This document shows positions 46,785 to 59,600 of a stretch of DNA of 64,000 nt, in pieces. The stretch is from Scenedesmus sp. PABB004 (lineage: Eukaryota). The first letter of the stretch is position 1; each line of letters begins with the position of its first letter. Location of the stretch: contig JABVCE010000009.1 of the NCBI GenBank assembly GCA_014905635.1, positions 434,001 to 498,000 on the forward strand, given 5' to 3'. The position numbers and the translations under genes are program-made. The notes beneath the pieces are model-generated. The model saw nothing but the letters and a program-made list of their open reading frames with translations, searched no databases and had not been told where the DNA came from.

Positions 46785-49700
46785 TCACATACGGAACACA
46801 CCATAGCTGCTGTCCCCGACCGGCGCGTTGAGCGCGGCCGCCAGGCTCATGCCCACCACGCGCCGCGTGTCGGCCGGGTCGATCACGCCTGCGCGCGGCG
46901 CGCGGCGCGGGCCCGCACGGCTCGGGCGAGGGCGCGCACGCACTGCCGCTGCCGCCGCGGCCGCCGCCGCTCCGCACCGTCGTCCCAGAGGCGCGCGCTG
47001 GCAGCGTAGGGGCAGCCCTCGGCCTCGTAGCGCGCCACGATGCGCGCCCGCAGCGCCGCCGCCTCCTCGGCCGGCCAGGGCCGCCCCGCCCGCGCCGCCT
47101 TGTCCGCCTCGACCTGCGCGGCGCGCGGCCGGCGCCGACAAGCGTGTCGCGACGCTGGGCAGCACGCCGCGCGCCCCGCCGCGCGCGCCCGCGCCCCCGG
47201 CCGGCCGACTCCGCGCGCGCGCCTGCGCGAGCACGTCGGCGGCCTGCTCCCCGCCCATCACGCTGACGCGGGAGTTGGGCCAGGTGAACAGGAAGTGTGG
47301 CGACATGCTGCGCCCGCACATGCCGTAGTTGCCTGCGCCGCGCGAGCAGGCGTTTGGCACGAGCACGGAGCGAGCTCGGGAGCGTTCGCGGTGCCGGCCG
47401 ACAGAGCGGGGCGCGACAAAAGCGCGGCATATCAATCATCACCCGCGCCGTGCGAGCCGCCGATGATGACCGTGACCTTGGGCACCGCCGCGTTGGCGAC
47501 GGCCATGACCAGCTTGGCGCCGTCCTTGGCGATGCCGCCCGCCTCGGCGCGCCGGCCGACCATGAAGCCTGGACGCGCACGGGCGCGGCGGGCAGGACCG
47601 CAGGCGGCGGCGGCGGCGGCAGCGCTGGGATGCGCGCGGCGCGGCTAGGCCGGACCGGCGGCCGCGGCGGCGCGCGGGCGGGGCCAGGGTTCAGGAGGGG
47701 CGCGGCCGGCGCGCCGCGCCCACCGGTGATGTTCTGCAGGAAGAGGAGGGGGATCTTGCGCTGCCCGCACAGCTGCACAAAGTGCGCGCCCTGCGGCCGC
47801 GGCGGCTCGTGGGCGGGGAGCGCGCGCGGGCGGGGCGGCCACGGCACGGCCGGCGGCGCGGCGCGGCGCGGCGCGCCTTGAGCGCCGCCTCTGACACGAG
47901 CACGCCCTGGTTGGCCAGCACGCCCACGGGCTGGCCGTAGATGCGACCAAAGCCTGGCGGCGCACGCGCGCGTGCGGCGCCTCGCCCGCGGGCGCCACTG
48001 CGCGCCCCGCGGCCGCGCGCCGCGCCGCACCCGTGACGAGCGTGGGGCCGTAGTTGCGCTTGAACTCCTCCAAGCGGCTGCCGTCGAGCACGCGGCCGAG
48101 CACGGCCCGCACGTCGCCCCACGGCGCGCGCGCGTCGGGCGGCGCCGCGCCGCGCAGCTCCTCTGGATCATACAACGGCTCCTCCCAGCTGCCCCCGCCG
48201 TCACCCGCGCTGGCGCCGCCGCCGCCGTCCGCGCTGACGCCGCCGCCGCCGCCGGCGCGGTCGCCGAGGTTGGCGAAGATTGCCCGCGCGACCGCGAGCG
48301 CGTGCGGCTCGTCCTGCGCGACGCGAGCAGCGCGGGCGGCGCGGGCGTGCCCGTGCGCGCGCGTGCGATTGCGCAGGCCGCGCCGCGCCGCGCCGCGGCG
48401 CGGCGCGGCGGCCGCCCACCTCGGCAAAGTGGTCCGCGACGCCCGAGGTGGTGCAGTGCAGCGCCGCGCCACCGAGCTCCTCCGCGCTCACGGTCTCCCC
48501 CGTCGCCGCCCGCACCAGCGGCGGGCCGCCCAGGAAGATGGTGCCGTTGCCCTGCGGCGCCGCCCGCGCCGGGCGCCCCGCGGTCGGCCCCGCCGCGGCC
48601 GGCGGGCGCGCGCGGGGCAGGGCGCGCGCGCGGCGGCGGGGGCGCCGCCGCCCCTGGCGCGCTGGGCCCTGGGCCCTGCCCGGCCGCGCGCTGGGCCCTG
48701 CCCCGGCGCCCCACCTTGACGATGACTGCCTCGTCCGCCATGGCCGGCACGTAGGCGCCGCCCGCGGTGCAGCTGCCCAGCACGACCGCAATCTGAGGGA
48801 TGCCCGCCGCCGACATGCGCGCCTGTGGGGCGGCGCCACGCGCGCCCGGCGCGGCGCCACGCAGCGCGGCGCGCTCGGCGCAAAACGTGGCGCCCCGCCG
48901 TCCGAGCGCCGCGCGGCTCAGCGCAGCCACGGCGTGCGCGCAGCGCAGCGCGTCACACAGCACGCGCAGCGCGGCGCGCCTCGTTGTAGAAGAGGCGTCC
49001 GAAGTGGTCGCGGTCGGGGAAGACCTCGGCCTGGCGCGGCAGGTTGGCGCCGCCGCTGTCGACGAGGTACACGCACGGCAGGCGGCACGCCTGCGCGATC
49101 TCCTGCAGCCGCAGGTGCTTCTGCGCGGCCGCGCGCGGCGCGGTGTCGCGGGGCTGGCGGGCGCAGGGCGCCAGGCTGGGCTCGGGGCCGGCCAGCGCGG
49201 GAAACCAGTCAGCCCACCTTGACCGTAATTGGGTAGTATGTGCCGCCCTTGACCTGCGCCACGCCGCGTCAGTGCATGGCATGGCGGCGGCGTGCGGGCG
49301 TGTGCCCCGGGCGCGCCCGCCCGCCGCGTCGCCTGCCGCGACCGCCGCGCCGCGCGGCGCCGCACCGTCGCGTCGTTCGCGACGACCGCCGCGAGGCGGC
49401 CGTGGATGAGGCCGATGCCGGTCACGACGCCCCCCGCCGGCACGTCCTCGTCGCCGTACAGCGCCCGGCCCGCGAGCGGCGAGAGCTCCAGGAAGGGCGA
49501 GCCGGGGTCGAGCAGCGCCGCGACGCGCGCGCGCGGCAGCGCCTTGCCGCGCGCTGCGTGGCGCGCTGCGGCCGCGGCGCCGCCGCCCTCGCGGACGGTG
49601 GCGAGCGCTGCGGCCATCGCCTCGAGCAGCCCCGCCATGCGCGCGGAGCTGGCGGCGAAGCCGTCGCCGAGGGCGTCCAGCACGCGCGGGAGCGGCGCCA

Positions 49701-49842
49701 CCGCGGCGCTCGACGCAGCGGCGCCACGCCGGCCCGCCAGCGCAGCGCTCGCGGCAGCCGCGGGGCCGCCACGCCGGCCGCCGCCGGCGCCACGCCAGCC
49801 CGCCGCGGCCGCCTCCAGCGCCGCTCGGGCGGCGGACCGCAT
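46785..49842 (-). CDS. MCCB: Methylcrotonoyl-CoA carboxylase beta subunit, mitochondrial
   Basis: [107 protein letters not shown]-stop. Confidence 0.96.
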
Positions 49843-50172
49843 CGCCGCGGCCTGCGGCTGCGGCAGGGAGCAGCTTTCGGCTGCTGACGCAGTCTGCTGT
49901 CCCGGAACTCGCCCAGCAGCGCGCCAACGTGGTCAGCGCATGCGCGAGAGGGAGCCTGTGCGCCGATGAGAGCACGGGTCGAGCTCGGTCGGGGCCGCGA
50001 TGCCACCTGGCGGTGGCAGACGCGCGGCCATCTCAACGCCCCGCCCCTCTTGACCGTCGGCTCGCGCCTTCCCGTGCATTGCTCACCCCTCGCTCGTGCG
50101 TTGCAACTCCAAGCCGCACGACCCTCCACGCCGCGCTCAGCGCGCCCCCTGCAGCAGAGCAGCGCCCTCGCG

Positions 50173-51725
50173 ATGCGCTCCTTCGCGCTCTCCTCCACGC
50201 CGCGTGCGCCGGCCGCCGGCGCGCGCTGTCGCGCTGCCCTCGCGCCTGCGCGTTTGTCGCGGCGGCTGGCGGCGATCACGCGCGCCGCGCTGGTGGTGCG
50301 TGGCCGCGGCGCTGCCGCCGCGCTGCTGCCGCGGCGCCGCCGCCGCCCACAGCCGCGCGCGTGCTGCCGCCCTCAGGAGCCCGGCGACAAGGTGCTGGTG
50401 GTGGGAGCCACCGGGGGCGTGGGGCAGCTGGCCACCGCAAAGCTGCTGGAGGTGCGGCGACGGGGCCCGTGCCTGGGGGCCGCTCGCTGCCGGCGCCGCC
50501 GCTCGCTGTGGGCGCGGCGCCGACCGCGCGCGACCCTGCGCCGCAGCGCGGCTACAAGGTGCGCGCGCTCACGCGCAAGCCGGACGCCGCCAAGCAGCTG
50601 TTCAGCAACCACCCCAGCCTCGAGGTGACCGCGCGGCGGCGGAGCCACGCTGCCGCGGCGCAGGCCGCCAGGCCTCTGCGGGCGCGGCAGCACGGGCAGC
50701 GCGCGCGTGAAGGGGGCGAGGGCGCTGCCGCCCCACGCGCTGCCGCCGCCTGCCACGCTGCCGCCGCCGTGTCGCGCCGCGCTGCACAGGTGGTGAGCGC
50801 CGACCTGCGGGACGCGAGCACGCTGCCGCCGGTCGTGGCGGGCGTGGACGCGGTGTGCTGCTGCACCGGCACGACGGCGTTCCCCTCGGACCGGTGCGCT
50901 GGCGCGGCGTTCCCCTGACCCCCCGCCGCGCCGGGCCCCGCTCACGCCCGCGGCTCGCGCGCGCCGCCGGCCCGCACGCAGCTGGAAGGGCGACAACGGG
51001 CCGCGCCCGACCGACTACGACGGCCCGCGCAACCTCATCGCCGCGTGCCCCAAGACCCTCAAGCGCTTCGTCTTTGTCACCTCGGCCGGCGTGGAGCGGC
51101 GCACGCAGATGCCGTGGGCGATCCTCAACACCTTTGGTGCGCCGCGGCGGCGCGCCGCCCACGCGCACGCGCCGCGCTGCTGCGCTGCTGCCCTCTCTCT
51201 GCCTACGCCCCGCCCGCCCACGCGCCCGCCCACCACGCCCCCCGCCTGCTCGGCCAGGCGTGCTGAAGTTCAAGCGCGAGAGCGAGCAGCTGCTCGAGGC
51301 GTCGGGGCTGCCCTACACAATCCTGCGCCCCAGCCGGCTCACCGACGGGCCCTACACGAGCTACGACCTCAACACGCTGCTGCAGGCCACGAGCGGCAGC
51401 CGGCGCGAGGTCGTGCTCGCGCCGGACGACAGCCTGCTGGGCGAGGCGTCGCGCATCGCGGTCGCGGGTGCGCGCGCGGCGGCGCCGGCGCCGGCGGCGC
51501 CTGGCCGCGGCGCGCGCGTCGCACCCGCTCACGCCGCCGCCGCGCCCGCGCCGGCCGCCGCGCGCAGAGGCCGCGGTGCAGGCGCTGCAGGCTGCCGCGA
51601 CCGAGAACCGGGCGTTTGCGCTGGAGAGCGTGGAGGGCGAGGGCCCGGGCCAGGACGCGGCCAAGTGGGCGGCGCTGTTTGCGGGCTGCTACGGCGAGCC
51701 GGCGCGCAGCAAGGTGCCGGCGTGA
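50173..51725 (+). CDS. ROQH1: Atypical NAD(P)-binding SDR, plastid; ROQH1 (At4g31530)-like
   Basis: VLVVGATGGVGQL, CCTGTTAFPS, PWAILNTF|GVLKFK, ILRPSRLTDGPYTSYDLNTLLQAT, GEASRIAVA|EA, closely matching my recollection of the ROQH1 sequence. Confidence 0.82.
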
Positions 51726-52340
51726 GCGCCGCCAGCGGCGGCGCGGCGGCGCGCGCGCGGCTGGGGGGGCCGCATGGCCCCCGGCGCGCCGAGCGGCGGG
51801 GCATGAGTTGGAACCGCTGGAAACCACGGCCGATCCCTGCTGCAATGGCGGCGCCCCGCTCGGAGGCCTGCCCGGCGGCCACCGCGCGGCAGCGGCACAG
51901 GCGCGCTCTCTGGCGGGGCTCCATCGCGGCGGCGGGCAAGGCGGCGGGTGGTGGATGGGCACGGGAGCGACGTTGAGGATGTGTGGGGCAGAGAGGAGCA
52001 GCTCCGGGGGCCGTACGGGAGCGCGTTCGAAAAAGGCGGGCTTTCGTCGCAGGCCTCAGCGCGCAGCCCCCCGCTCCCCGGCGGAGCCGCGACGCCTCCC
52101 TTTCTCCCCGAACGACCGCAGACGCAGCCCCGCGGCGGCACGTCGCCTGCAGCGCGCACACGGGCATCAGAGCCGCTGCCTCGCGCGCCGGTGCCGCCGC
52201 CGCCCCCTGCTCCTGGCCCGGCGCCTGAACACGCTCCTGTGCCCGCCCACCGCGCTCGGGGGGCTGCTTGACGCGCACGCAGCGCCGCACGCCGCGCCGC
52301 CGCTGCTCGCGGAGCGCAGCAGCGGGCCGGGCGTGCCAGC

Positions 52341-53439
52341 ATGGCGGACAGCGACGACGGTGCGCCGCAGCAGCAGCTGCCCGCGCCCCACGCGCCTCCA
52401 CGACGGCACCGCCGCCGCGCTGCGTGCACGGGCGCACGCACGCGCGGCCTGCCCGCAGACGCGCCGCCGCCGCTGAGCAGCCTCGCGGACCAGCGCCACG
52501 CGGCGAGCCTCGCGGGCGGGCTCGTCGGCACGGCGGGGCTCAAGGCCGCCGGCGAGCTGCGCGTGGCGGCCACCACCCCGGGCGGCACGCCGGCTGCGCA
52601 GCCGGCGGCGGCGGCCAAGCCGCTCCGGCGGGGCTTCCTGGACGCGAAGCCCGCGCGCGCCGCGCAGCAGCGGCGACGGCCGCCGCAGCAGCAGGAGCAG
52701 GTGCGGGCGCCCGCGGGGCATGCGCGCCCCGCGCCCTCCCACCCCGCGCGCATGCACGCGCCCGTTCCTGAGCGCCGCCGCCGCCGCCGCCGCCGGTGCC
52801 AGGCGGTGATCGAGGTCAAGCCGGCCAGGCAGCGCGGGGGGCCGCCCATCCCCGCGATGTTCCAGCTGGAGCCCAGCGAGCAGGCGCGGCGCTACGAAGC
52901 GGCGCGCAAGCAGCTGCTGCAGACGCTCGCGCCGACGCCCGAGACCGTCGCGGCGGTGGGCCAGGACCCGACGCTCGCCGCGGGTGCGCACGGGGGCGCG
53001 GCGCTGCTGCGGCAGGGCGCGGCCGCGCGCCACCCACGCGGCCGGCGCACGCCACATCGCCTGCCCCTGCCGCCCCGCCGCCGCCGCCGGCGCGTGGCGC
53101 AGGCTTTGACGACCCCGAGGTCATGGCGGCGGTGGCGGAGGTGGGCCGCGACCCCGCGGCGATTAAAAAGTACGCGCGCAACGCCAAGGTGCGGGCGGGG
53201 AAGGGGCGCGCCGCTGCCGCCCGCGCGCGCGCTGCCCGCCGGGCGGCGCCCCCCGCAGCGCCGGCCGCACGCCGCCGCGCACGCCGCCGCTGTCCCCGCC
53301 GCCACCGGCGCAGGTGCAGGCCTTCTACGCCGCCTTTGGGAAGCTCATGGGCGCGAAGCTCGAGGCGGCCGGCACTGACGGCGCGCGCGCCGCGGCCGCG
53401 CCGCCGCCGCCGCCGCCGCCGGCCAACTATTTGGCGTGA
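52341..53439 (+). CDS. STI1/DP-repeat domain protein (co-chaperone-like)
   Basis: QDPTLAAG|FDDPEVMAAVAEVGRDPAAIKKYARNAK|VQAFYAAFGKLMG; LRRGFL motif upstream; stop TGA 53437-53439. Confidence 0.68.
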
Positions 53440-53692
53440 GCGGGGGGCGTGAGTGGCAGGAGGGAGCGCGTGCAGCGGCGGAAGCGGCGCAGACGCGCCC
53501 CCGTTGGACCGCCGTTGACCGCCGCCGGCGCTCCCGACCGCCCGCGCCGGCTTGCCCGCGGAGATCGGGCCTCGTCACACGCCAGCAATGGCGCCCGCCG
53601 CGCCCAGCGCCGGCCGGCCGTCGCGCCGCTCGCAGCCCGGCCTCGCGCAGCGCTGAGCCATCTCGCGCGCCAGCGCGCCCACGAGTAGCGCC

Positions 53693-56600
53693 ATGGAGTT
53701 CCACCCGCGTTCGCAGGCCTTCACGGGCCACGAGCTCGCGGAGCTGGTGGGCATCGCGCCGGAGGATGGCGCGATGAAGACGGTGCGCCCGCCGCGCGGC
53801 ACGGCGCCCCACGCCCGCCGGGGCCGGACAGTGCGCTTGAGCACATCCCGGGACAGCGCCTTGAGCCGATGCCAGCCCGTGCAGGCGCCGCCCTGCCCCG
53901 GCACGGCGCGCCAGCAGCGCGCAGCGCGCTGCTGCGCCCGACACCGCGCCGCCGCGCCGCCGCGCGCCACCGTCGCGGTCCCTGCGCCGCCCTCCTCTCC
54001 TCCCCGCCAGGGATTCCGGCTGCAGGACCCGGAGGTGGACGACGTCGTGCGCGCGGCGCGCGACCTGGAGGCGGGGTGCGTCCAGCCCGACGCGGCGCTC
54101 TCGGCGGAGGAGAACGTGGAGCTGCTGCTGCGCGCGACGCGCCTGCTGCAGCTGGGCCTGGAGGTGCAGTACGCGGAGGCCGAGCACCTGCTGGGCGAGA
54201 ACAACGGCCTGCGCGACGACCTGCGGGTGCGACGGGCGCGCGCCAGCGAAGCGGCGGCGGCAGCAGCAGCGGCCGCTCATACCCTCGCCGCCGGCGCCGG
54301 CGCGCCAGGCGCTGGAGGACCAGAACCGCGGCCTGGACGCCGAGCTGGGTGAGCTGCGCGAGCTGCGCGACCGCGAGGGCACGCCCGGCGACGTGCGCGA
54401 GCTGGAGCTGGAGCTCAAGGTGCGGCGGGGCGCGCCGCGGCCGGGCGCCCACCGCTGCCAGCGCTGGCAGCGGCGCCCACCTGAGGCGGCGGCGGCTGCG
54501 GCGACACGTGCGCCGCGCTGTGGCGGCCGCGGGCTTGCAGGAGCTGCGCCACGAGTACGAGGAGGAGCGCAAGGCGAGCGACCGGCTGATCGAGCAGTCG
54601 GACCGCGACAAGCAGACCATCGACGCGCTGGAGGCGAGGTGAGGCCGCCGGCGACTGGCGGCGGGACTGCCGGCTAGGGCTGAGAGGCCGCACCTCGCGG
54701 CGGCGCAGGCGCGCGCCCGTGCGAGCGCGCCGCCGCCGCTGCCGCCGCCGCGCCGCGCCCCGTCCAGGGTGGCGCGCGGGGACGAGCTGCTGAAGCTGAA
54801 GGATGGCGAAGCGCAGGACCTGCGCGAGCAGCTCGGCCGCCTGCGCGACGACTTTGACGAGCTGCGCGCGCAGTACGCCGCGCTCACCGCGGCGGGCGGC
54901 GGCAAGGACCAGCAGCGCGAGATGGGGGTGCGCGGCCGTCGCAGCGGCGCGGCGGCGCCCCGGCCGGCGGCGGCCCGCCGCAGCCGCGCGACGGCGCCGG
55001 GCGCCGACTCGTACGCGCGCAATGCCGTGCGCCGCAGGACACGATCCGGCAGCAGGAGTGGAAGATTGAGCGGCTCACCAAGGACAACCGCGCGCTGGAG
55101 GCCTCCAATTGCGAGCTTCGGGCGCAGCTGGACGCGATACGCGAGGAGAACCTGCAGGCGCGGCGCCGCCCGGCGCCGCCGCGGCCTGCCTTGCGCGCCA
55201 CCCGGCGCGGGGGTGTGCGCGCGCAGCTCCGCCCCTGCCGCACCCGCAACCACCGCACCCACACCGCGCCCGCGCCCGGCGCAGGTGTCAGAGAATATCT
55301 TGATGCTGGACGGCGAGGCGCGCGCGCTGCGGCTCGCGGCGGCCCAGGTGCGGCGCCGCCGCGCGCGCCGGCCCCAGCGCGCGCGCCGCGGGGCGGCCGG
55401 CCGCGGGCCTGAGACGCCGGCCGGCCCCGCCCGTGCGCCGCGCGCGCGCGCGCGCGCAGGCGGATGACAAGGCTGAGGTGCTGGCGCGCGAGAAGGGCGT
55501 GCTCGCGGCGGCGGCGGACGAGCTGCGCGCCGACGTCGCGGCCAAGATGGCGCTGCTGGACGAGTTTGAGGACCGCTTCAACCGCCAGTTCAGGTGGGCC
55601 GCGGAGGAGGCTTTGTTGAGCGGCCGCGCCGTCGCTTGCAGGCCGCGCGGGTGCCGAGGCGGCCGCGCGCGCCTGCCCGCGCGCGCGCCCGCAGGTCGTG
55701 GGAGGAGGAGCGCGGCTCGCTGACCGCCCAGGTTGAGGCGCTGCGCATGGAGGCGCGGCTGGCCGCGTCGGCCACGTCGAGGGGCGGCGGCCGGCACGGC
55801 GGCGGCGGCGGCGCTGACGACGGCGGCGGGAGCGAGGCCGGCGACGCAGCCGACGGGGCCAGCCCCGAGGCGCAGCTTGCGGCGGTGTGGCGCGCGCTGG
55901 ACGAGGCCAAGGAGAATGAGGTGGGCTGCCGGGGAGGGCGAGGGGCTGGCAGCCGCTGAGCCTGCGGGTGAGGCGGCGCGCGATCATCGACGGCGCTTGC
56001 GCGCGCGCGCCAGGTGCTGCTGCTGGAGGCGTACGAGCAGCTGGAGGCGGACGTGGGCGCCGAGGTGGACCGCGCGCTGGCGCGGCAGTCCGAGGAGCTC
56101 GGCCGCCTCGGGCGGCGCGTCGCGTTCCTGGAGGGCCAGCTCGAGGCGGAGCGCAAGCAGACCGCGACGCTCGGCGACGAGGCTGCGCGGCTCGAGGGCG
56201 CGCTGGGCGACGCTGCCGCGCGCAACGCGCAGTACGAGAGCGGTGTCTATGGCCTGCCCCAGGTGCGGGCGCAGGGCGGGGGGGGGGGGGGCGTGCGCCA
56301 CGCTGCGCGGCGCGGGGCGCGCGGAGAGCGCGCCGCCGAGCTCGAGCCGCGCGGCGCCTGCGTCGGCCGACCGCGCCCGCTGCTGCGCCGCGGCCGCAGG
56401 CGGCGCAGGAGATCCGGCAGCTCAAGGAGGCGGCCGCGGGCGGCGAGGCGCGGGTCAAGGAGCTGGTGCTGCAGGTGCGCCGCGGGCTGGCCCTGGGGTT
56501 TAGGGGCGGCCGGGCCGCACTGCGTCGGCGGTCCGTGCTGCGGAGGCCCTGCGCGGGCCGGGTCGACCGAGGAGCGCCGCCGCGCCCCACCCGCCGTGCG

Positions 56601-59600
56601 GCGCAGGTGAACCACCTGTCGGCGGCGCTCGAGGACGTGTCGGACGAGGCGGTGCTGCTGCGGCGCAAGGCGGGCCTGCCCGACGGCGCGCGGCTCGACA
56701 CGGCGGGCGTGAAGCTGGCCAAGGAGGTCACGATCGCGCAGCTGCGCAGCGTGAACGCGCTGCTGGAGCGCCAGGTGCGGTGCCAGGGCTGGCCGTGCTG
56801 CGCGCGCGCGAGCGGGCGGCCGGGCCCTGATGCCAAGTCGCCGCGCAGGTCTCAGACCTGGAGGAGGAGCGGCGCAAGCTGCGGCTGGAGGTGAAGTTCA
56901 GGTGCGGCGCCCGCGGCGGCGCCCGCGCGCGCGCGGCGTGGCCGCCGGGCGCAGCAGGGACCACCGGCACCGCCGCGACGCCCGGCGCCGCCGCCGCCGC
57001 CGCCGCGCGCGCAGGGCCAAGTACCACGGCCGCGCCGCGCTGGAGATGGGGCTGTCCTCGGAGCAGCTGCTGCTGCTGGAGGAGTATGTGGAGAGCCTCA
57101 AGGGCGGCCGCCAGCCGGAGGAGCGCCTCGTCACGCAGCTGCAGCAGCGGGTGCGCCGCCGCCGCGCGCCGCCGTGCGCCGCCGCGGGCTGGCGCAAAGG
57201 CGCGGCGGCGTGGCGGGCGCCGACTCCTCCCTCTCTCGCCCTCGCCCGCCCCACGCGCGCGCGTGCGCCCCAGATCGAGTTCCTGGAGGTACGCCTGGCC
57301 GAGGTGATGGCATATTCTGACATCCCCATCAACATGCGCCCAGCCATCACCGAGCTCAGCGCGGGCGGCGGCGGCGTCGTGCCGCCGCCGGGCCTCGCCG
57401 CCGTCGCAGCGGCGGGCCGCGGCCAGCTGCTCGGCGCGGGCGGCGGCGGCCCGGGCGCCGACGGCGGCGGCGGCGTCGCGGGCGGCATCATGGCCACGCA
57501 GGTGGAGCTCGTGCGCGGCGCGCTGCTGGGCTGCCTCAAGATGCTGCGCCAGATGAGCGAGGCGCTGGGTGAGCGCACCTCGTGCGCGCGCACCGCCGTC
57601 GGGCGGGCCCGGCCCGTGGCTGGCGCGCGCGCGTGGGCCGCCGCGGCAGCGTGCACACGTGGCCGCCGCCGCCGCCCGCAGCGGAGCACCGCCAGGTCAG
57701 CGATGCCGAGTACAGCCAGTTCACGGAGGGCGTCATAGAGAAGCTCATGGACGCGGAGCGCGTGGCCAGCCTCATTCTGCGAGACCTCGCCGCGGCGCCC
57801 GGCGGCGGCGGCGGTGCGGCGGCGGAGCGCGGCGAGGAGGCGCGGCGCGCGCAGCGGCGCGCGCTGCTCACAGGTGCGCGGCGCGGCGCGGCGCGGCGCG
57901 GCGCGGCGCGGCGCGGCACAAAGGGCGCCGCCCGGTCGTAAACTGCGGCGACGCACCACCGCTGCCCTGCCACCGACCGTGCCGTGCGCAGACGACTTTG
58001 TGGCCGACGCGGCGGCCGAGGAGCTGCGCGACCGGCTGCGCCAGCTGGCGAGGCAGGTCGTGGAGCTGCAGGTCTCGCTGGCTCAGAAGGACGCGCAGCT
58101 GGGGCAGCTCGCGGGCGTCAAGGCGGCGCTTGAGGCGCGCTTCGGCCTCGCCGACGGCGAGGGCGGGCCCGACGAGGCGCCCGCCGCGCCCGCCCCGCCG
58201 CGGCGCGGCGACTACGTGCCGCGCGAGCAGCACGAGGAGCTGGAGCTGGAGCTCGGGTCGGTCAAGGAGCAGCTGCTGGAGAGCCTGGAGGAGCTCAGCG
58301 CGCGCGAGCGCGAGCTCAGCGAGGTGCGCGCGCCGCCGGCCGCGCGCCGCCGCGCTCGCGACTGGGAGCGCCGCCTGACACCCCCTCTGCTTCTGTGCAG
58401 GTCGGCGCCGCGTGCAGCCGCTACCAGTCGAGCATGGCGGGGCTGGCCGGCCAGGTGCAGCTGCTGTACAAGGAGTACGCCGCCAGCGCGGCCGCGTGGC
58501 GCCTCGAGTGCAGCAGCGCGGAGAAGCAGGTGTGCGCGGAGAAGCACGTGTGGTGCTGGGACTGGAGCCGTGCGTCCGCGCGCATCGCACCGGGACGGCC
58601 CCTCACCACCGCTGCCCCTGCGCGCGCCCGCAGCTCGACAAGGCGCGTGCCGAGGCGGCCGACGCGACGGCGCGGCTGCGCAGCCTCGAGGCTGCACTGG
58701 CGACACTGGAGGCGGGCGACCTGGGGGCGATGCAGCGCTCCTACGTCGACGCAGTGCGCAAGGCGGCGGTGGTGCAGGTGCGCAGGCGCGCCGGTGCCGG
58801 CGGCAGCACACACGCCGCGGCGGTCAGAACGCCGCCAGCCCGCGCTGACAATCGTGGCTGCGCGGCCGGGCGCGCAGCTCAAGCATGCCAAGCTCGCGCG
58901 CCAGCTGGAGGCGTCCACGGCGGCGGAGAAGGCGGCCGGCGAGCGGGTGGAGGAGCTGCAGGAGGAGCTGCAGGACTGCACGAGCACGTGCCGCAGCCGC
59001 ATTCGCTGGCTGGAGCAGGCTGCGGCCGACGCGGCGCGGCGCACGCAGACGCTCTACCGCTGCCTGCGCGGCGCGGCGCCAATCGAGGTGCGGGGGCGCG
59101 GACCAGGGGGCTCTGCCGCCTGCTGAGCTGGCCAGCTATTTGCTGAGCCGCGAGCTCAGCGCTCCTGCGATCTGGTCCACCCGCCGGCGCAGGCCTACCA
59201 GCACCTGGTGGAGAAGCACAGCCAGCTGGCGCGCGAGCACCGTGCGCTCGTGGAGCAGGTGCGACGTCCGTCAGTGCGTTTGGCTGTATCGGCGGCCTGC
59301 ACGCCAGCCGTTGACCGCGCGGCCGCCGCAACGCCCGCCCGCCCGCAGATGGGCGACGCACCCTGCAGCGAGCAGGCTGAGGAGCTGCTGGCGGCGCGGC
59401 GTGAGCTGGCGGAGCTGCTGCCGCGCTACGACGACGCGTGCAACACCGTTGCGGAGCTCAGGTGGGCGCGCGCCCGGCGGCAGCACTTGGGGGGAGGTCT
59501 GGTGCACCCCGGCCGTGGCGCTCACTCACGCCGCGCTGCGCCTCGTCGCAGGGAGACGCTGCGCCAGCTGGAGCTGCCCGCCAAGCTGCGTGGCCGGCAG

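Noticed and set aside
46360..49842. 1160-aa ORF as a single protein
   Set aside because: It reads through introns of MCCB; the conserved motifs are spread over several frames joined by splice sites.
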